From assembly GCA_016929465.1 (NCBI GenBank), contig JAFGIT010000203.1, positions 1 to 29,818 of the forward strand: DNA of 29,818 bases, given 5' to 3'. A program made the translations under genes and the position numbers. Shown piece by piece: positions 15,255 through 24,795 of this stretch. Position 1 is the stretch's first letter, and each line of letters starts with the position of its first letter. The notes below the pieces were generated by a model. It made no database searches. It had not been told where the DNA came from and saw only the letters and a list, made by a program, of their open reading frames with translations. The stretch comes from Candidatus Coatesbacteria bacterium (lineage in GTDB: Bacteria; B130-G9).

Positions 15255-16787
15255 TCATCCATAGCTGTGCAGGCCGCTCAGTAGATAATTGACTCCGATA
15301 AACGTGAAAAATACCGCAACGAATCCTAAGACTGCAACAACGACGAGTATTGTGCGGTGCCTCTTCTTCGATAAGCAGAGCACTAGATGTAGATAGATGC
15401 CGTAGATTAGCCAGGTGATCAAGCTCCAACTCTCCTTGGGGTCCCAGCCCCAGTACCTGCCCCAGGCTCTGTCTGCCCATATCGCGCCAGTGATTATCCC
15501 GAGGCCCAGGAGGAAAAAGCCGAGTCGTATAAGCCTCAAATTCGTGCTGAAGAGCTCTGATCGAAGACCTGGCAAATGTCTCTCTCGAACGAGCAGAAAG
15601 GCAATCGATGTCCCAAAAGCCAGGTAGAGTACTCCATAGCTTAGAGCTGCCGCGCCGACGTGGATCGTCATCCAGCTGCTCTTCAAGACGGGAGGGAGCT
15701 GTGAGACGGTCTCGGACAGCGGGGAGAGGAGCGTGGCAGTCAAACCGACTCCGCTGAGTACGGCGCCAATGAGTGAATAGACTGGCTGCTTGAACCGCGA
15801 GGTGAGTACCATCGATCCAATTGCGGTAACAAAGGTCATCACTAGAATGTACTCGTAGCTGTTGCTGGCCATAACCTTCTCGGCAATTATGCCCCTTGCG
15901 ACAATGGCTATGAGATGAACTACGCAGGTTGGATAGAGGGCGATTTGAGCCACCCGCAGGAGTGATTCTCTGCCGATCACTTGGCCAACGGCGTAGGTTA
16001 GTGATATGGCAAGATACAGGAACGCGAGCACCCAGAATGTCCCCAGCCGATTGCTATAGACCTCCAGTATAATCCGCCACCTGGGCGCGAATAGCTCGCT
16101 CTCCGCCATCGGAACCGCACCATAGAGGCGTCTTGCAGCCTCGGTATAACCTGCTCTGTCGAGGTTCTCGAGCGAGCCGGACAGGAGCTCATACGCCTCG
16201 CGTGCTCCCGCGATCTCGTAGGATTCATCTGAGCCGAGCTTCATCCAGCCATCGGAGCCAGGCCGAGGGAAGATTCTGAGGTCCCCCTGGAGCGCCTTGA
16301 AGAGCATCAGCCTCCTCTGAAGTCTCCTCAGATACTTCGATCCACCATGTATCATGGCCATGCCGCCCCGACCGGAGGGCAGCCTCTCACTCAGCTCGTC
16401 GGGCGAGATATGCGTTGCGCTCTGGAACTCGGAGAATTCGAGAAGGTCTTTGGAGGCCCCAGATTCCAGCTTGATGATGGGCTTTGGGGACCAATCATCG
16501 GGCCGAAGGGCCCAGCTCAGCAGCACGAGCGTTGGATTGAGCCCATCGAAGGTCCGCTCGCCGAAGATGTCTTGTATCTTCTCCCTGGCAAGTGAGTCGA
16601 GCGGCTTGATCCTGCCCTTGTTCTGCACTGATAGCGTGGCGAGACTCGACGTTGCGCTATGGACATCCTCATCGAAGGAGCGAAGCGAATCCCCCACATC
16701 GCCACAAGAAACCAGTCCCGACACCGCAAGCGCGGCAATGAGGCAGATGAGTGCGATGATTGCGACCCAGATCAAGATTCTATTCAT
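15255..16787 (-). CDS. ccsA: Cytochrome c biogenesis protein CcsA/ResC (system II) with N-terminal periplasmic extension, about 510 aa
   Basis: WWD domain WADRAWGRYWGWDPKESWSLITW; conserved His in WMTIHV, YLHL and GLHSYG; N-terminal GRIKPLDSLAR. ATG 16787 overlaps the upstream stop (ATGAATAG). Confidence 0.93.
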   Translation of the reverse strand: MNRILIWVAIIALICLIAALAVSGLVSCGDVGDSLRSFDEDVHSATSSLATLSVQNKGRIKPLDSLAREKIQDIFGERTFDGLNPTLVLLSWALRPDDWSPKPIIKLESGASKDLLEFSEFQSATHISPDELSERLPSGRGGMAMIHGGSKYLRRLQRRLMLFKALQGDLRIFPRPGSDGWMKLGSDESYEIAGAREAYELLSGSLENLDRAGYTEAARRLYGAVPMAESELFAPRWRIILEVYSNRLGTFWVLAFLYLAISLTYAVGQVIGRESLLRVAQIALYPTCVVHLIAIVARGIIAEKVMASNSYEYILVMTFVTAIGSMVLTSRFKQPVYSLIGAVLSGVGLTATLLSPLSETVSQLPPVLKSSWMTIHVGAAALSYGVLYLAFGTSIAFLLVRERHLPGLRSELFSTNLRLIRLGFFLLGLGIITGAIWADRAWGRYWGWDPKESWSLITWLIYGIYLHLVLCLSKKRHRTILVVVAVLGFVAVFFTFIGVNYLLSGLHSYG

Positions 16788-18525
16788 CAGGCACCACCGT
16801 GCATTTCCTCTTCGAATAGAACCTGAGCAGCATCCCGAGAACGAGCAAGAAGGAGCCGATGTAGAATACAGGAGCACCCGGATCTCGACTTACACCAAGA
16901 ATGGAAATGACAGTGCCGTCATCTGCCTCGTCATAGGCCGACTGATACAGCTTGTAGCCGCCATAATCCAGCGGATTGTTCGGGAATATCGTGCAGGTGA
17001 AGCTGTCGCCCGTGGGATCGGTCACGACCGCGGTACTGACATAAGCCGAGGGCATCATGCTGCCCGGGTATTTGCGCGCCTCGAATTTCTGCAGAAACAC
17101 CTCAAAGCCGAGGGGCACATCGGGCCTCTCCAGGGTCAAGACGAGTCTCCCCTTGGGTGTGGACAAAACAACCTCCCGGTCTATCGGAATCCACAGGTCC
17201 TGAAGGTCGCCGCCCGTCCCACTCGCAACGACAACCTGTACGCACTCGGAGCCCACGTTGCCTGTCGGCTGCCCCTCGATGACCTCATACCGCGTGGTCG
17301 CACTCCCCCAGAAATCATCCAATGATATCTGGAAACCCCCGTCATAGGGCATTTTGATTGTGTCCCCGACTTCGGCACGAGTGACGAGATTCGCGCCCCT
17401 CAAAATCGTGAAGGACTCACCCGGCGAGCCTATTATCCGAACCACTTTTGCCTCAAAAGAGACGGCATCCGAGGTATCGGACTCGACCCTGTACTCGACT
17501 GCGAGCCCAGACGGCAGGGATGGGGCGTGAAATCCCGGCGACCTCCCGAACAGCCAGACCTTGCTCGTCTGATTGCCATATTCGATCTCCAGATTTACTG
17601 CCGGATTATTCGGCTCGCTGGACCTGGTAGTCGCCTTCATGTCAGGCCCCATCACAAAGTCGGGAATATATTGCAGTATTCTGAACAGGCCTTTTCCGTC
17701 GGCGAAGGTATGAAAGGAACCGGCTTTGGCCTCGCCTGGTTCGAGGTCTATGGTCTCATCCCCCGCATCTGTCGTTACGACGATCGTCTCCCTGGATGGT
17801 CCGGGAAGAACCGCTGAGGATGACGCGATATCGGCCTCGAAACTCGATACTACCTCCGAGTACTCCTCCGGGTCCGAGAGGAAAGTGAAAACAAAATGAA
17901 GACCAGCGATGGTGTCTTTCGACTCGTCCGGCTCGTTCGCTAACAGCGTGATGCTTTCGCTCTTATTCTGATCGAAGACGGAGAGGCCTATCGCCGGATC
18001 GCCATATCCATCGTCCAATTTGACGGTCCTGGGAATTATCTCCTCGGGATCAGGCACATATCTCTCGACCAGGATGCGGATTCCTGCTTTCGACAACGTA
18101 ACGTTTGCCCCCATGTCCTGCCGCTGCGATTCGTCCAGGATATGTTTGCTCAAGGGAATTAACGCGGCTTCGGCGCCGATTCGCGCGTTCAAGAACATCT
18201 CATCCAGCTCGAAAGCCCCCTCTTTCGCGCCCTCCTTTATGGAGAGCGTACCCCAGACCGCGAGCGTCCAGGTCAGGAATCCGCCTATCACGATAGTCAG
18301 GATCCCGAGGTGGATCAAAGATGGACCAAGTCGCCCCGGTCGCGGTCTCTGGCGGATGAGATAGGCCACAAGCGATAGGCCCAGAACCGCGAATATTGCC
18401 GCGAACCAGCTCGTATTATAGACGAGCTTCATGGCATTGTCATAGGGCAGGAAGGTCGCGGAATAGGTTACGATGGCTGCGATAACGGCCATTTGGAATA
18501 CCGCGAGCCAGACACCCATTCTCAT
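16780..18525 (-). CDS. resB: Cytochrome c biogenesis protein ResB/CcsB-like, 581 aa
   Basis: N-terminal TMs with SLIHLGILTIVIGG, large periplasmic region, YPGSMMPSAYVS, NNPLDYGGYKLYQSAYD and SRDPG..VFYIG..LLVLG. Confidence 0.85.
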   Translation of the reverse strand: MRMGVWLAVFQMAVIAAIVTYSATFLPYDNAMKLVYNTSWFAAIFAVLGLSLVAYLIRQRPRPGRLGPSLIHLGILTIVIGGFLTWTLAVWGTLSIKEGAKEGAFELDEMFLNARIGAEAALIPLSKHILDESQRQDMGANVTLSKAGIRILVERYVPDPEEIIPRTVKLDDGYGDPAIGLSVFDQNKSESITLLANEPDESKDTIAGLHFVFTFLSDPEEYSEVVSSFEADIASSSAVLPGPSRETIVVTTDAGDETIDLEPGEAKAGSFHTFADGKGLFRILQYIPDFVMGPDMKATTRSSEPNNPAVNLEIEYGNQTSKVWLFGRSPGFHAPSLPSGLAVEYRVESDTSDAVSFEAKVVRIIGSPGESFTILRGANLVTRAEVGDTIKMPYDGGFQISLDDFWGSATTRYEVIEGQPTGNVGSECVQVVVASGTGGDLQDLWIPIDREVVLSTPKGRLVLTLERPDVPLGFEVFLQKFEARKYPGSMMPSAYVSTAVVTDPTGDSFTCTIFPNNPLDYGGYKLYQSAYDEADDGTVISILGVSRDPGAPVFYIGSFLLVLGMLLRFYSKRKCTVVPDE

Positions 18526-18633
18526 ATCCTAAAGATGCTCCTTAATAGGCCGCAAACCACCCCCGCCGCCGTCTTAGGGCTCCGAGCAACCAGAAAGCGG
18601 AGACTGAAGCGCGAAGCGAACCAATAGACGGTC

Positions 18634-18660
18634 AAAAATAGTCCCGCCGGAAACCGGCAG
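18634..18660 (-). terminator. Rho-independent terminator after the kelch gene
   Basis: Minus strand CTGCCGG-TTT-CCGGCGG followed by GACTATTTTT. Confidence 0.55.
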
Positions 18661-18668
18661 CGATATAG

Positions 18669-19742
18669 CTACTCCTCGACTAGCTCCCAAACCGAGTTCA
18701 TCAGCATCCGCCCAGGCTGCACTCCACCAAAGAACAGAGCTCGTTTGCCGGTCGGGTCCCAGACTGCTGCAGCATGAGCAAGCTGAAGTGTCACTGGCAA
18801 TTTCGTCTTGATTCTGGACCAGGTCAGTGTCTCGAGGTCGAATGAGAGCATATCCGAGAAGTACTTGTCCATCATGGCAGTGCCGCCGAACACGATCATC
18901 TGTCTCTTGATGGGGTCAAGAACGGCGCAATGGCTCAGGCGCGGTTCGATCTCGATTCCCTTGGCCTCGAGCTTCTTCCACTCTGCTTTGGCGAGGTCGA
19001 AAGACCAAACATCATTCAAAACCACTTCTTTGCCGGTCTCGTCCGTGCCAATACCGCCGAATATTATCATCGAGTGCGTCTTGGGATCGTAAATCTGAGT
19101 ATGCTTGTTTCGCGGCAGCGGCTTATCGCCCTTTGTCACGAACTTCTTCCATTTCAGATCATTCAAGGAAAGTGAGAACGTGTCACCATAAAACACTGTC
19201 CTATAGCGAGTATTGTCGGGATTCTCCCAACCGGAACCGCCAGCAAAGACCATCGCGTCCGCTTTCGGGTCATATATGGGAACCGTTGCGACCATCTGTT
19301 TGGGCATATCGCCTGCTGCCGGGACGATATTCCATTTGTTCTCGGCAAAGCTGTACCACGCAGTCTCCAGGGCCCCAGCAATCTTCTGGGTGAGTACCAC
19401 AAGGCGGTCCCGTTTCTCATCATAGATTCCTGTGACCGCGGCGATCTTCGTGAGGTCACCGTTCACAGGAGTGATCTGGGACCACTCTTTTGTTTTCAGG
19501 TCGAGTTTCCAGAGGTCACCCTGGGGATTCAGAGTCTCGAGGCCCCCGCCGCAGATTATCAATTCGTTCTTCCTCAAAAAAGCCGCCGACATTACTCGAG
19601 GTTTCGGCGCGACTTTCTTGGTCGTCAACTCCGAGAACATTGCGAGCCCCGTTCCCTTGCTCTTTTCCTCCGCATAGACGAGCGAGACGCTCAGGACTAG
19701 CGCGAACACCACCATGAAAATCGCCAAGCGATTTAATGACAT
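18669..19742 (-). CDS. Secreted kelch-repeat beta-propeller protein, 357 aa
   Basis: Signal peptide ending VYA-EEK. Repeated hydrophobic-GG motifs (ICGG, FAGG, IFGG, VFGG, FFGG), each followed by D/N...W. SD AGGAGG. Confidence 0.85.
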   Translation of the reverse strand: MSLNRLAIFMVVFALVLSVSLVYAEEKSKGTGLAMFSELTTKKVAPKPRVMSAAFLRKNELIICGGGLETLNPQGDLWKLDLKTKEWSQITPVNGDLTKIAAVTGIYDEKRDRLVVLTQKIAGALETAWYSFAENKWNIVPAAGDMPKQMVATVPIYDPKADAMVFAGGSGWENPDNTRYRTVFYGDTFSLSLNDLKWKKFVTKGDKPLPRNKHTQIYDPKTHSMIIFGGIGTDETGKEVVLNDVWSFDLAKAEWKKLEAKGIEIEPRLSHCAVLDPIKRQMIVFGGTAMMDKYFSDMLSFDLETLTWSRIKTKLPVTLQLAHAAAVWDPTGKRALFFGGVQPGRMLMNSVWELVEE

Positions 19743-19808
19743 TGGATCAACCTCCTAAGTAAGATTTCATCAACAACAAATTCCAATTATTTGCATCACG
19801 GCGCACAA

Positions 19809-19837
19809 ATTCTAAAAGCGGCCCTTCTGCGTGTCAA
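19809..19837 (-). promoter_or_regulatory. Near-consensus sigma70 promoter for the kelch gene
   Basis: Minus strand TTGACA-N17-TAGAAT. Confidence 0.7.
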
Positions 19838-19909
19838 GGCTGCTATGCTCATTTAAGCCAGACCATAATGGACTGAGCTCCCAAAAAGCTAACAGTCGTG
19901 AAGCCGCTG

Positions 19910-22318
19910 TTACTTCTTGATATCCTTGGCCAGCATCGTTTTCGCACGATCGAGACCTGCGAGGAATCGCTCGCTCTGGCCTCCGCTAATCTCAATAAGA
20001 GCTTCGTACTGCTCTACCGCACAATCCCAATCGCCGGCCTCCTCACAGAGAGCCGCGAGATTGAGCCGGGCAGAGATATGCTCTGGAATGGCCGATATCG
20101 CCTTCTCGAATGCCTTGCGCGCCTCGGCGAGATCGCCGAGCGAGTAGAGCACTGTTCCCAGATTATTCAGCACCTTGATATTGTCTTCATCTATCTCAAG
20201 GCAACGATCATAGACCTTCTTTGCCATCAAGAGCAGCTCCTTGGAGCGCTTGGGGTCTGAGCCGCTCCTGGCGATTTCCTCACCTATTCGCTGATAAATG
20301 AGAGCCTTGTTGAATAGCGGCACGGCATCCTTCGGAGTGACCTTCTGCGCTTCATCATACTGCTTTAGCGCCGACTCGTAGTCCCCCATCTCGCGATAGA
20401 CATTTCCGAGCCTTATCATCGCGTCAGCGTACACCGGATTGAGCTCTAAAGCCCGCTTGAACTGGACCATCGCCTCGGAGAACTTCTTCCTGTTGTAGAG
20501 CACATTCCCGTAATGGTTCACAACATGATCGAAATACGGCGCGAGTTTCACCGCCATGGCATTGTCCAATTCCGCAATGTCGTAATTGCCCGCCATGTTC
20601 TCGACAATCGATGAGAAGTACCTGATCTCGTAGTCACGCGGCGCCTCCCATACCGCTTTGCGCAAATGCGCGAGAGACTTGTCGATATTGAGTTTCCACC
20701 CCTCCGCGTTCTCAGCGTCGTGCGCCATGCTCTCGAATAGCTGCCCCTTCCCGAAGTTGTAGTTGGCTGATAGCGCACGAAGCGGTATCGTAGAACCCAT
20801 CAACAAAATCACTATGAGAAGAAGCCGCACCAGTCCGAGCCCGCTGGCGTTGGCCTGGGCCTCGTTGCCCTCGCCCTCTTTCCCCACTACTTTGCCAAAG
20901 ACGTCAATTATACGGGTCTTCAGACAAGGCCGAAGACTGCCGGTCGCGAGGCCGAACGTCGCGGCGAAGAGACCAAGCACCACGAAGAAGGAGTGAGTGG
21001 AGGCCGGCAGTTGGAAGTTGGACGAGAAGAAGCAATGGGTCAGGGTCCCGGCAAGGCCTCCTAATAAGCCGAGTGATACAGCGCGCAGGAAGCCGTCCTT
21101 GCATCGCCTGGTCATCCTCCAGCCCATCTTGAGTATGATGAATATAAACCACAGGAATGCCGCAAAGCCAAGAACGCCCAACTCCACGAACGTCTGAACG
21201 TAGTCGTTGTGTGCCTTGTAGATGACTTTATCCCAACCAGTGTTCTTGCGTTCTTCGACCGTCCTATGCTTGGGATAGATGACCTTGAAATTGCCTATAC
21301 CCGCGCCTAAAGGCTCTTCCTTGACGACCCTTAAGGAGGATTTCCAGACGAGAAATCTGAATTGCGTCGGGCTGTCCTTCATGTCGAAGATAGTCTTGAA
21401 TTTGTGAGCGACGCTCTTCCCTTCGTCATCTTTGACAAGAGGGCTCGCGGCCGCGAAAAGCACGATCGCAATTACAGCCACAGTAACGAAAAGCTTCCTG
21501 TGGGGTGAGAAGAAGAGCATAACGGCGATGGCTGCAATCGTCCCGACCCAGGCTCCTCTGCAGAAGGTGATTCCAAGATAGACGATCGAGACAAATGCGC
21601 ACAAGACCGCAATGATGGGATAGAGCCGCTTGTCTCGCCATCTACCGAGACTCCAGGCCGCTATGCTGAGTACAAGCGGGACAACGCTAACCAGATATTG
21701 CCCGGCGAAATTCGCGTGGCCGAATGTCGAGCAATATGTCTCGCGATTGTATGTGTCGAAACCAGGCTCGAATCTGCGCAGCCCAATGATATCGAGAAGA
21801 CTGTTGAGTGCCGCTACCGGGGCAGCGTCATGGTAAAATTGCATGATGCCTATCAGAGACACGACGAAGGAAGTGAACAATACGACCAGAACCACACGGG
21901 TTAGTGCGAGCTTGCTGTTCACGAGATTCGGGATCGCAAGGTAGAAGAAGACCGCCGTCAGGAGGAGGAACAGCCGGTCGAATCCTGCCCAGAGGTTCGT
22001 TGCGTAGAAAAGCGTCACAACGCCTATGCCGAGATACACTCCGATCGGCAACCCTAGCGGCGAAAAGCATATCCTAGCTACATCCCTGCCGGTCAATCCG
22101 AAAATGAAGAGAACGAAGAGCGAAAGGCCAAGCAGCTCGACCGCGGCCTCCTTGGGAGCGGAATACGGATCGAGAGCCTCGTGGTCGAAGAGAAGCGGGA
22201 TGACGACTATGGACAGAAGCAGCACGAAAAAGGCCAAACGATGTGAGAAGACCATGCTCCTGAGCGATCCGAAGACGCCGCCAATCGATCCTATCACCAT
22301 CGAATTCGCCTCAGCCAT
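19910..22318 (-). CDS. O-antigen ligase (Wzy_C/WaaL/O-OTase family) membrane protein with C-terminal TPR repeats, 802 aa
   Basis: STFGHANFAGQY, TFCRGAW, FRFLVWKSS...PLGAGIGNF and KAHNDY..TFVELG.LG motifs, many TMs, and a TPR array (NHYGNVLY...ALELNP...LGNVY). Confidence 0.88.
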   Translation of the reverse strand: MAEANSMVIGSIGGVFGSLRSMVFSHRLAFFVLLLSIVVIPLLFDHEALDPYSAPKEAAVELLGLSLFVLFIFGLTGRDVARICFSPLGLPIGVYLGIGVVTLFYATNLWAGFDRLFLLLTAVFFYLAIPNLVNSKLALTRVVLVVLFTSFVVSLIGIMQFYHDAAPVAALNSLLDIIGLRRFEPGFDTYNRETYCSTFGHANFAGQYLVSVVPLVLSIAAWSLGRWRDKRLYPIIAVLCAFVSIVYLGITFCRGAWVGTIAAIAVMLFFSPHRKLFVTVAVIAIVLFAAASPLVKDDEGKSVAHKFKTIFDMKDSPTQFRFLVWKSSLRVVKEEPLGAGIGNFKVIYPKHRTVEERKNTGWDKVIYKAHNDYVQTFVELGVLGFAAFLWFIFIILKMGWRMTRRCKDGFLRAVSLGLLGGLAGTLTHCFFSSNFQLPASTHSFFVVLGLFAATFGLATGSLRPCLKTRIIDVFGKVVGKEGEGNEAQANASGLGLVRLLLIVILLMGSTIPLRALSANYNFGKGQLFESMAHDAENAEGWKLNIDKSLAHLRKAVWEAPRDYEIRYFSSIVENMAGNYDIAELDNAMAVKLAPYFDHVVNHYGNVLYNRKKFSEAMVQFKRALELNPVYADAMIRLGNVYREMGDYESALKQYDEAQKVTPKDAVPLFNKALIYQRIGEEIARSGSDPKRSKELLLMAKKVYDRCLEIDEDNIKVLNNLGTVLYSLGDLAEARKAFEKAISAIPEHISARLNLAALCEEAGDWDCAVEQYEALIEISGGQSERFLAGLDRAKTMLAKDIKK

Positions 22319-24534
22319 TATTCCCTTTTCGCTTTTTCCAACCTGTTGAGCCCATCAATGGCCGGCCCAAGATCCGGCTTTGCCCTCAGCGCCATCTTAT
22401 AATAGTGGATGGCCTTGTCAATCTCGCCACGCTCCTCGTAAATCTGCGCCAGGTTTAGATGTGGCTGGAAGATGTTCCCCGGCAGACTGGCAGCTCGCTC
22501 GAAGACCGCGATGGCGTCATCGTACTTGCCCTGAGATCGAAGAATTGCGCCGAGGTTATTCAAGATGTTGGGATTGTCCGGGGCGTTTTTCAGTGCGGCC
22601 TCGAGCGCGGCTTGTGCCTCTTCGGGCCTATCAAGCGCCATTAGCGTCTCAGCGAGTTTCGATGTGGCAAAAGCATCGTCCGGGCTGATCTCTATCGCCC
22701 TTCGGTAGGCCTCCGCCGCCTCTTCGAGCTTGTCCAGCATCTGGAGCGTCCCTGCAAGGTTGAGCCACGCCTCGAGAAAGTCGGAATCGAGCGAGACGGC
22801 CTTGCTGAACGCCAGATAGGCATCCATGAGCGAGCCCGGATCACGCTTCAGCCTCCCTCTCTGGGAGTAGGCAACGCCGATATTGTTCTGGATCTGCGGC
22901 CAATAGGGAGAGAGTTCGACCGCCCGCTTCAAAACGTCGATGGCCTCCTGATGCTCCTGATTCAGAAGGTGCAGGTTGGCAAGCAGCATCCTGGCCTCCA
23001 GGTAGTAATCAGCGTGCGAGAGTGCTTTGCGCAATAGGTCCTTTGCGGCCGCGTTATCACCTGCTGCAATCTTCGTCCTTGCTCTCTGCAGGTCGTGATT
23101 CGCGAGAAGGAATTGCACCGGCCTCATGGCCATGAAAATCGCCAGAACTATCAAGACTGGAATTATGACCCCCTTCGTCACGTTCGACATCTTGAGGGGC
23201 TGCCTTGCACGATCCGCATGGGCCGTCCCCGCAATGATTCCGAGATTGACCGACTGCATCATCGCCGAGGCGGGCATGGTGAAGTTGCTGCTGAAGAAGG
23301 CATGTACAAGGGTGGCCGCGAGGGCGCTCGCCGCACCGATCGATATCATCGGGAGCGGCTCTCCTATTTCCCCGCACCGTAGTCTCTTGAGAAATGGCCA
23401 TATAATGGAAAAGAGGAGATAGATTGAGGCCAAGAACCCGACGAGACCGGTCTCGGTGATGAGCTTGATGTAGTCGTTATGCGGGGAGCGCACGCTGATC
23501 CCCGCGCCGGCGATGCGATGCTCTTCCGGCAACCTCACCGAGGGATAGTAGATCGGAAAGGCCCCGCAGCCGACGCCGAATAGGGGGTGCTCTTTCACGA
23601 GGCGAAGCGCCCCCTTCCAGAGATTGAGGCGGAAGGCTACGGGTGCGTCGGACAGATCGACCGACTTCTGCGCTTTCTCGAGCGCAGAGGTGCCCTTTTC
23701 CCTCTCGCTGAGCGTGAAGGATAGAATCCCGACGGTCATGAATATCGCGGCGAATGTCAGACCGGCAATCGCAGCGTGCCGCCGCGAGCCGCCGTCGGGT
23801 ATCTTGTCACGCGCGCGGTATCTTCTGAGAAGAATTGCTGCAAACACGATAATCGAGGCGAGCAGACCTGCCCAGGCTCCCCTGCTGAATGTGATCGATA
23901 AGAATATGAGCATCATGCTGCTGCCGATTAGGGCCAGGACGCCTTTGAGAATTCTCCCCTTCTCGATGGATGCCGCCGCGATTGCCATACCCAGTGGGAT
24001 GACCGCGATGAGATACTGCCCGGCGTAATTGTCGTGCCCCAGCGTCGCTCCGAACATTGGGAATCCGTAACTATCGCGGATCGATGGGAAGATGGCGCCG
24101 GTCATGAAATGGACTATCCCGAGCACAGATATCCCGGAGGCCACGCAAACTGCCGATGCTGCAATCATCTGTGCACGCCCAGAAAGGGTCACAGCAGTCA
24201 TTAGCACGAATAGGGCGAGCAGGGACGCGATCCGCAGGAATTCATTGAGCGAGAGCCCCGGGCTGAGAGTCCCAGGGATCGAAACGAGCTGCGCGAGCGC
24301 GAAAATGAGCATAGGTCCCAAGAGCGCACGCGGAAATGGGAGCCAATCGCCGATTAACGCGAAGATGACGACCAGGAGCGCTACCACGCCCAATAGAGTC
24401 AGCGCGGTGTTCTTTGCGGTGATGTAGCCATCAGACGTAAATGACTTCGAGTAAATCAGCGGAATCAGGATCACCGCCAACAGCACAATCAGGCTGATAG
24501 CCTGAATATTCGAAAGCCCTTGCTTCTCTGTCAT
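22318..24534 (-). CDS. O-antigen ligase (Wzy_C family) membrane protein with C-terminal TPR repeats, about 738 aa
   Basis: ATLGHDNYAGQY, TFSRGAW, FRLNLWKGA...PLFGVGCGAF and SPHNDY..ETGLVG motifs plus a TPR array. ATG 24534 is preferred. The stop overlaps the next start (TAATG). Confidence 0.88.
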   Translation of the reverse strand: MTEKQGLSNIQAISLIVLLAVILIPLIYSKSFTSDGYITAKNTALTLLGVVALLVVIFALIGDWLPFPRALLGPMLIFALAQLVSIPGTLSPGLSLNEFLRIASLLALFVLMTAVTLSGRAQMIAASAVCVASGISVLGIVHFMTGAIFPSIRDSYGFPMFGATLGHDNYAGQYLIAVIPLGMAIAAASIEKGRILKGVLALIGSSMMLIFLSITFSRGAWAGLLASIIVFAAILLRRYRARDKIPDGGSRRHAAIAGLTFAAIFMTVGILSFTLSEREKGTSALEKAQKSVDLSDAPVAFRLNLWKGALRLVKEHPLFGVGCGAFPIYYPSVRLPEEHRIAGAGISVRSPHNDYIKLITETGLVGFLASIYLLFSIIWPFLKRLRCGEIGEPLPMISIGAASALAATLVHAFFSSNFTMPASAMMQSVNLGIIAGTAHADRARQPLKMSNVTKGVIIPVLIVLAIFMAMRPVQFLLANHDLQRARTKIAAGDNAAAKDLLRKALSHADYYLEARMLLANLHLLNQEHQEAIDVLKRAVELSPYWPQIQNNIGVAYSQRGRLKRDPGSLMDAYLAFSKAVSLDSDFLEAWLNLAGTLQMLDKLEEAAEAYRRAIEISPDDAFATSKLAETLMALDRPEEAQAALEAALKNAPDNPNILNNLGAILRSQGKYDDAIAVFERAASLPGNIFQPHLNLAQIYEERGEIDKAIHYYKMALRAKPDLGPAIDGLNRLEKAKRE

Positions 24535-24692
24535 ATCCACCACACAATTCGGCCCGACACCTCCGCGGAGCCCCTGATTCCCGCCTTCAATAAAAACCAC
24601 CCGAGCTAGCCAATAGTGCGAGAGCCGCAGAATTTATGCAAGGAGTGCCGGAGAGGGCCGAATGCGGTCGGGGGAATACCTTGACGCTTGGC

Positions 24693-24721
24693 TTGCATTG
24701 GCTCAATAGCGGCGGTATCTT
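24693..24721 (+). promoter_or_regulatory. Putative sigma70 promoter for the second radical SAM gene
   Basis: TTGCAT-N17-TATCTT. Confidence 0.4.
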
Positions 24722-24795
24722 GATGCCGATGTTAAATTGTCAATGCAGGAAGCGCTTAACGATATAAACGAATGGGCACCCGGGGTGGGAGCATT

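Noticed and set aside
14600-15260. Selenocysteine or read-through at TGA stops of ccsA and the SIS gene (and fliW)
   Set aside because: In-frame stops follow within a few codons and no SECIS-like hairpin or extended homology was seen.
16354-17325. 323-aa plus-strand ORF
   Set aside because: Antisense shadow of ccsA/resB; Ser-rich, no motifs or SD.
18526-18633. Riboswitch (e.g. c-di-GMP-I) in the resB leader
   Set aside because: A CCTAAG...GCGGGGG segment is reminiscent, but the GGCAAAC/GAAA/GCAAA core elements are missing on the coding strand.
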